From the NCBI GenBank assembly GCA_038230375.1, contig JBBRNJ010000061.1:1-56056 (forward strand): a stretch of DNA of 56,056 nucleotides, given 5' to 3'. A program made the position numbers and the translations under genes. Below are positions 53,389 through 56,056 of this stretch, piece after piece. Below the pieces are notes generated by a model. The model was not told where the DNA came from, searched no databases, and saw only the letters and a list, made by a program, of their open reading frames with translations. The number at the start of each line of letters is the position of its first letter. The stretch's first letter is position 1. Source of the stretch: Polyangiales bacterium (lineage in GTDB: Bacteria; Myxococcota_A; Polyangia; Polyangiales; Polyangiaceae).

Positions 53389-54636
53389 TCACGCCTTGCC
53401 GAGGGTCCCGCGAGTCAGGGGTACCCCGTCACGATCCCGGCGGGCCAGCAGCACGAGGTTGCGTGCGCTCACATCCGGCGGAAAGAGGCATCCGATCGTG
53501 ACCACGTAGCCTCGCTCCGAAAGGTGGCGTGCGCGATCCGCGAGCACGAACACCTCCAGCGCGCGGGCGAGGAGCGCACGCGGTATCGCGAGGCGTCGGA
53601 TACGTGCATGATACACATGAGCCCACGCCGCCGCTTCTTCGACGCACGCCGGGCTGGGGGCCGACAGTCCGCGCACCGCGAATGCATGCGTGACGAGCGA
53701 TGTCATATCGCGATGCGCCGCACGGCGATTGAGCCCGTCGAGCTCGGCGCCGTGACGCAACGAGGGAACCTCGCGCGAGAGGAGTCGATGAAGGGCAAGT
53801 CTCCGCTCGCGTCCCGCCAGGTTCTCGGCACGTGTGGCCTCCACTCCAAGGTCGCGTGCCGTCAGGTTGCTCAGCCCAAGCAGGTGCCTTGGCAGGGTGA
53901 GCTTGTCCCCGTGCACGTGCGCGTCGCACAGCGGGACACGTGAGAGCGCGCTTTGCTTTTGCAGACAACAACCCACGAGGGCAAGAGAGGCGCCCGTGCG
54001 CGCCACGCTCTCCACCATCTTGTCTCCCAGCTCGCCGCAAGCGTGGAGACCGATCACGCAGTCCTTCTCCGTGAGCTGCAGTCCATCCAGGAGAACGTCC
54101 GTCTGCGCGAATACCGGCGCGTTCGCATGCGAGGTGGAGAGCAGTCGCGCGCGCGCCGTCAGGGCCGCATCGCGCTCCAGACCGATGACGGGTCGCTCGA
54201 CGCGCTCCGCGATCTCGCGCGTGAGATGCCCATGCCCCGACCCCACGTCGACCACGCGGCTCGCTCCAGCGGCAAGGGGAAGCAACACGCCCGCGAATGC
54301 GTCCACCTGCGCTCGCTTGCGCGGCGTCTCTCGCCGTCGAAGCGCCGTGCGCTCGGGGCCGGGCGGTGATGCCCCGATCGCCGGCATTGCGCAGACGGTC
54401 CGCGCTCTCTCCACCAGGGAAAGCAGCCCTTTGGGTGTGTCGTCGGGCCACGAAGCGTCCAGGCCGTCCGTCTCGATCGCGTCGAGTCGGGCGTCGTCGC
54501 ACGCAAGCAAGAACGTCATCCAGTCGCGCGCCACAAGCGAGCTCGGGGGGTCCATGTCGCGTGGCCTCCCGTCGAGCACGTCGCGATGGTCCGCGATGAG
54601 CTGCGCCGACGCCCTCCAGTGCGCGTCCGCGTTCAC
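53389..54636 (-). CDS. SAM methyltransferase (Methyltransf_32/METTL25-like)
   Basis: RKRAQV, VVDVGSGHGHL, GLHACGELGD, VGCC, LE..VLADRA..L.E.G, F...VS.RN; start GTG just after the upstream stop. Confidence 0.85.
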   Translation of the reverse strand: MNADAHWRASAQLIADHRDVLDGRPRDMDPPSSLVARDWMTFLLACDDARLDAIETDGLDASWPDDTPKGLLSLVERARTVCAMPAIGASPPGPERTALRRRETPRKRAQVDAFAGVLLPLAAGASRVVDVGSGHGHLTREIAERVERPVIGLERDAALTARARLLSTSHANAPVFAQTDVLLDGLQLTEKDCVIGLHACGELGDKMVESVARTGASLALVGCCLQKQSALSRVPLCDAHVHGDKLTLPRHLLGLSNLTARDLGVEATRAENLAGRERRLALHRLLSREVPSLRHGAELDGLNRRAAHRDMTSLVTHAFAVRGLSAPSPACVEEAAAWAHVYHARIRRLAIPRALLARALEVFVLADRARHLSERGYVVTIGCLFPPDVSARNLVLLARRDRDGVPLTRGTLGKA

Positions 54637-54638
54637 TA

Positions 54639-55052
54639 CTACGCGGACGCTTTTGGGCGTGTGACGAAGAAGGCTGCGGCGCACAGCGCGGTTCCGAAGA
54701 GGTCTGTCGTGAGTAGCTGCATCGTGGCGCCGCTCACACCGTGTGCCACGAGAATGCCGAAGAGGCGCGCAGACCCAAGGCCACCCATCACGAGCGTCGC
54801 CGCGAGGAGTCCCTGATTCCGCCGCGCGGGAGAGAGCGCGCTGATGCCGAGAAATAGGCCCAGGCCAAGCTCCATTCCGCCGTACACCGCACGAGCGTCG
54901 GATGTTGCGTCACCGTTCGTGAGCACTATGCCGAGAGGTCCCGCCATGGCGGAGGGCCCGATGAGCCACTGCACACCGAACACCGCGAACCCGAGCGCAG
55001 CGAGCACCAGCACGACGACACCGAACACATTCGAGCGACCACCAGCTGCCAT
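54639..55052 (-). CDS. DUF4345 family membrane protein
   Basis: 4 TM helices, A.SD.RAVYGGMELGLG, ARLFGIL..G. Confidence 0.8.
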   Translation of the reverse strand: MAAGGRSNVFGVVVLVLAALGFAVFGVQWLIGPSAMAGPLGIVLTNGDATSDARAVYGGMELGLGLFLGISALSPARRNQGLLAATLVMGGLGSARLFGILVAHGVSGATMQLLTTDLFGTALCAAAFFVTRPKASA

Positions 55053-55223
55053 CGTGCAACAAGACGTGCGTTCGACTCCAGGTGCAAGCCCAAACGCCGC
55101 GCTCGGCCGCTTCATGTCTGGAGGTAAATTGCTGCGTGAATCGATTTGAATGCTACACCGCGTCGTTCGTCCAATGATCGGCGGTGGGGCGCGTCGATCG
55201 CTCCAGCAAAAGGGAAAATTTTC

Positions 55224-55874
55224 ATGAAGCTGCAGCTGAAGACGGTCTCGTTGTTCGCGTTCGCCATGGCGAGCGCGGTGGTGGACGTATCGGTCGCCAG
55301 TGCAGGTCCTTCGCAGGACCCCAGCCAGGACACTGGCAACCCAGGCACCGTGCCGGGACAGCTGACGGGCGGCCTGAAATTGCAGCTGGCGAACAAGGCC
55401 CTGACCTCGGCGGGCCTGCCCATCCTGAAGGTGACGCTGCCTCCGGCCCAGATGAAGCTCACGGCCCAGACAACCACGAACAACGGAGCGAGCATCGTGT
55501 ACATGGGGCCCGGAGCGTGGCTCGGGGGCTACGTGGGAAATCCAGACGGCAGCTTCCAGCTGACCCCCACGCCGATACCGGGCAACCCGAATGACTATTA
55601 CGCTGCGCGCGTCGACATGCGTTTCCCGGCGGAGGTCGGCAAGCTCTATGTCGTCGACTGCAAGATCAGCAACCTGGTCACGCCCGGGCAACAGGTGCAG
55701 TTCTGGGGCCTCGGGGCATTCCCCAGCACAGGACCGAAGTCGCAGGTGGCTGAGGAAGCCGGGCACGTCCTCTACTCGCTACAGGCGGTGCGAACGAACG
55801 AGGGTGTGACCGTCGCGACCTTCAAGAACAACCACTTCTCGTTTCACAGCTGCGAGATCACGAAGCTCAACTAA
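55224..55874 (+). CDS. Secreted hypothetical protein
   Basis: Signal ending ASA, beta-rich mature domain with Cys pair (VVDC..HSCEI); AT-rich upstream region with AAGGGA. Confidence 0.8.
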   Translation: MKLQLKTVSLFAFAMASAVVDVSVASAGPSQDPSQDTGNPGTVPGQLTGGLKLQLANKALTSAGLPILKVTLPPAQMKLTAQTTTNNGASIVYMGPGAWLGGYVGNPDGSFQLTPTPIPGNPNDYYAARVDMRFPAEVGKLYVVDCKISNLVTPGQQVQFWGLGAFPSTGPKSQVAEEAGHVLYSLQAVRTNEGVTVATFKNNHFSFHSCEITKLN

Positions 55875-55876
55875 TT

Positions 55877-55935
55877 CTACTGCGGGATCCGCGCTCCTCA
55901 CCATCCGCTCAGCATCGCTAGCACTACTGCGGGAT
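55877..55935. repeat. Exact 12-bp direct repeat pair
   Basis: CTACTGCGGGAT at 55877-55888 and 55924-55935, with a 35-bp spacer. Confidence 0.8.
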
Positions 55936-56056
55936 GTCGCCGTCCCAGGCGCGAATCTACGCATCAATCGCGCCGTGGCAACGGGACAATACCCGGCGTA
56001 TCCGGGGACCACTGGCGGCAGCGAGCAACAGACGCCAAGCGTCGCTCGTTCGCTTC

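Noticed and set aside
1..56056. tRNA/rRNA, CRISPR array, IS/integrase, prophage, known defence systems
   Set aside because: No T-loop/cloverleaf signature, no regularly spaced 25-40-bp repeats, and no transposase, recombinase, phage or nuclease motifs were seen.

Overview
High-GC bacterial chromosomal window with the hallmarks of Myxococcota, probably a Polyangiaceae/Labilithrix-like organism (inference): four Hanks-type Ser/Thr kinases, a myxobacterial sigma-70 family protein, an AgmX/PglI C-terminal domain and about 20 lipoproteins with Asp-Ala-Gly linkers or Cys-rich modules. It opens with a short housekeeping block (partial HAMP/probable adenylate cyclase, accD, folC, yajQ, glmM), followed by about 50 kb of accessory envelope, signalling and enzyme genes. 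No tRNA, rRNA, CRISPR array, integrase or transposase was seen. The best candidates for undescribed systems are: (1) a split HTTM/vitamin-K-carboxylase-like gene pair flanked by a lipoprotein-type protein-lysine-methyltransferase-like gene and a divergent acidic Cys-rich lipoprotein, possibly an extracytoplasmic protein-modification locus; (2) an aldo-keto reductase + PNKP-type kinase + degenerate HAD fusion, possibly a nucleic-acid end-repair enzyme; (3) a 1481-aa internally duplicated membrane protein with a second, internal signal-peptide-like segment. Many genes have a TANNNT -10 hexamer 6-8 nt before the start codon, suggesting leaderless mRNAs, and one lipoprotein has a -1 frame break at CGA AAG. 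All family calls come from motif recognition by eye; no database search was run.
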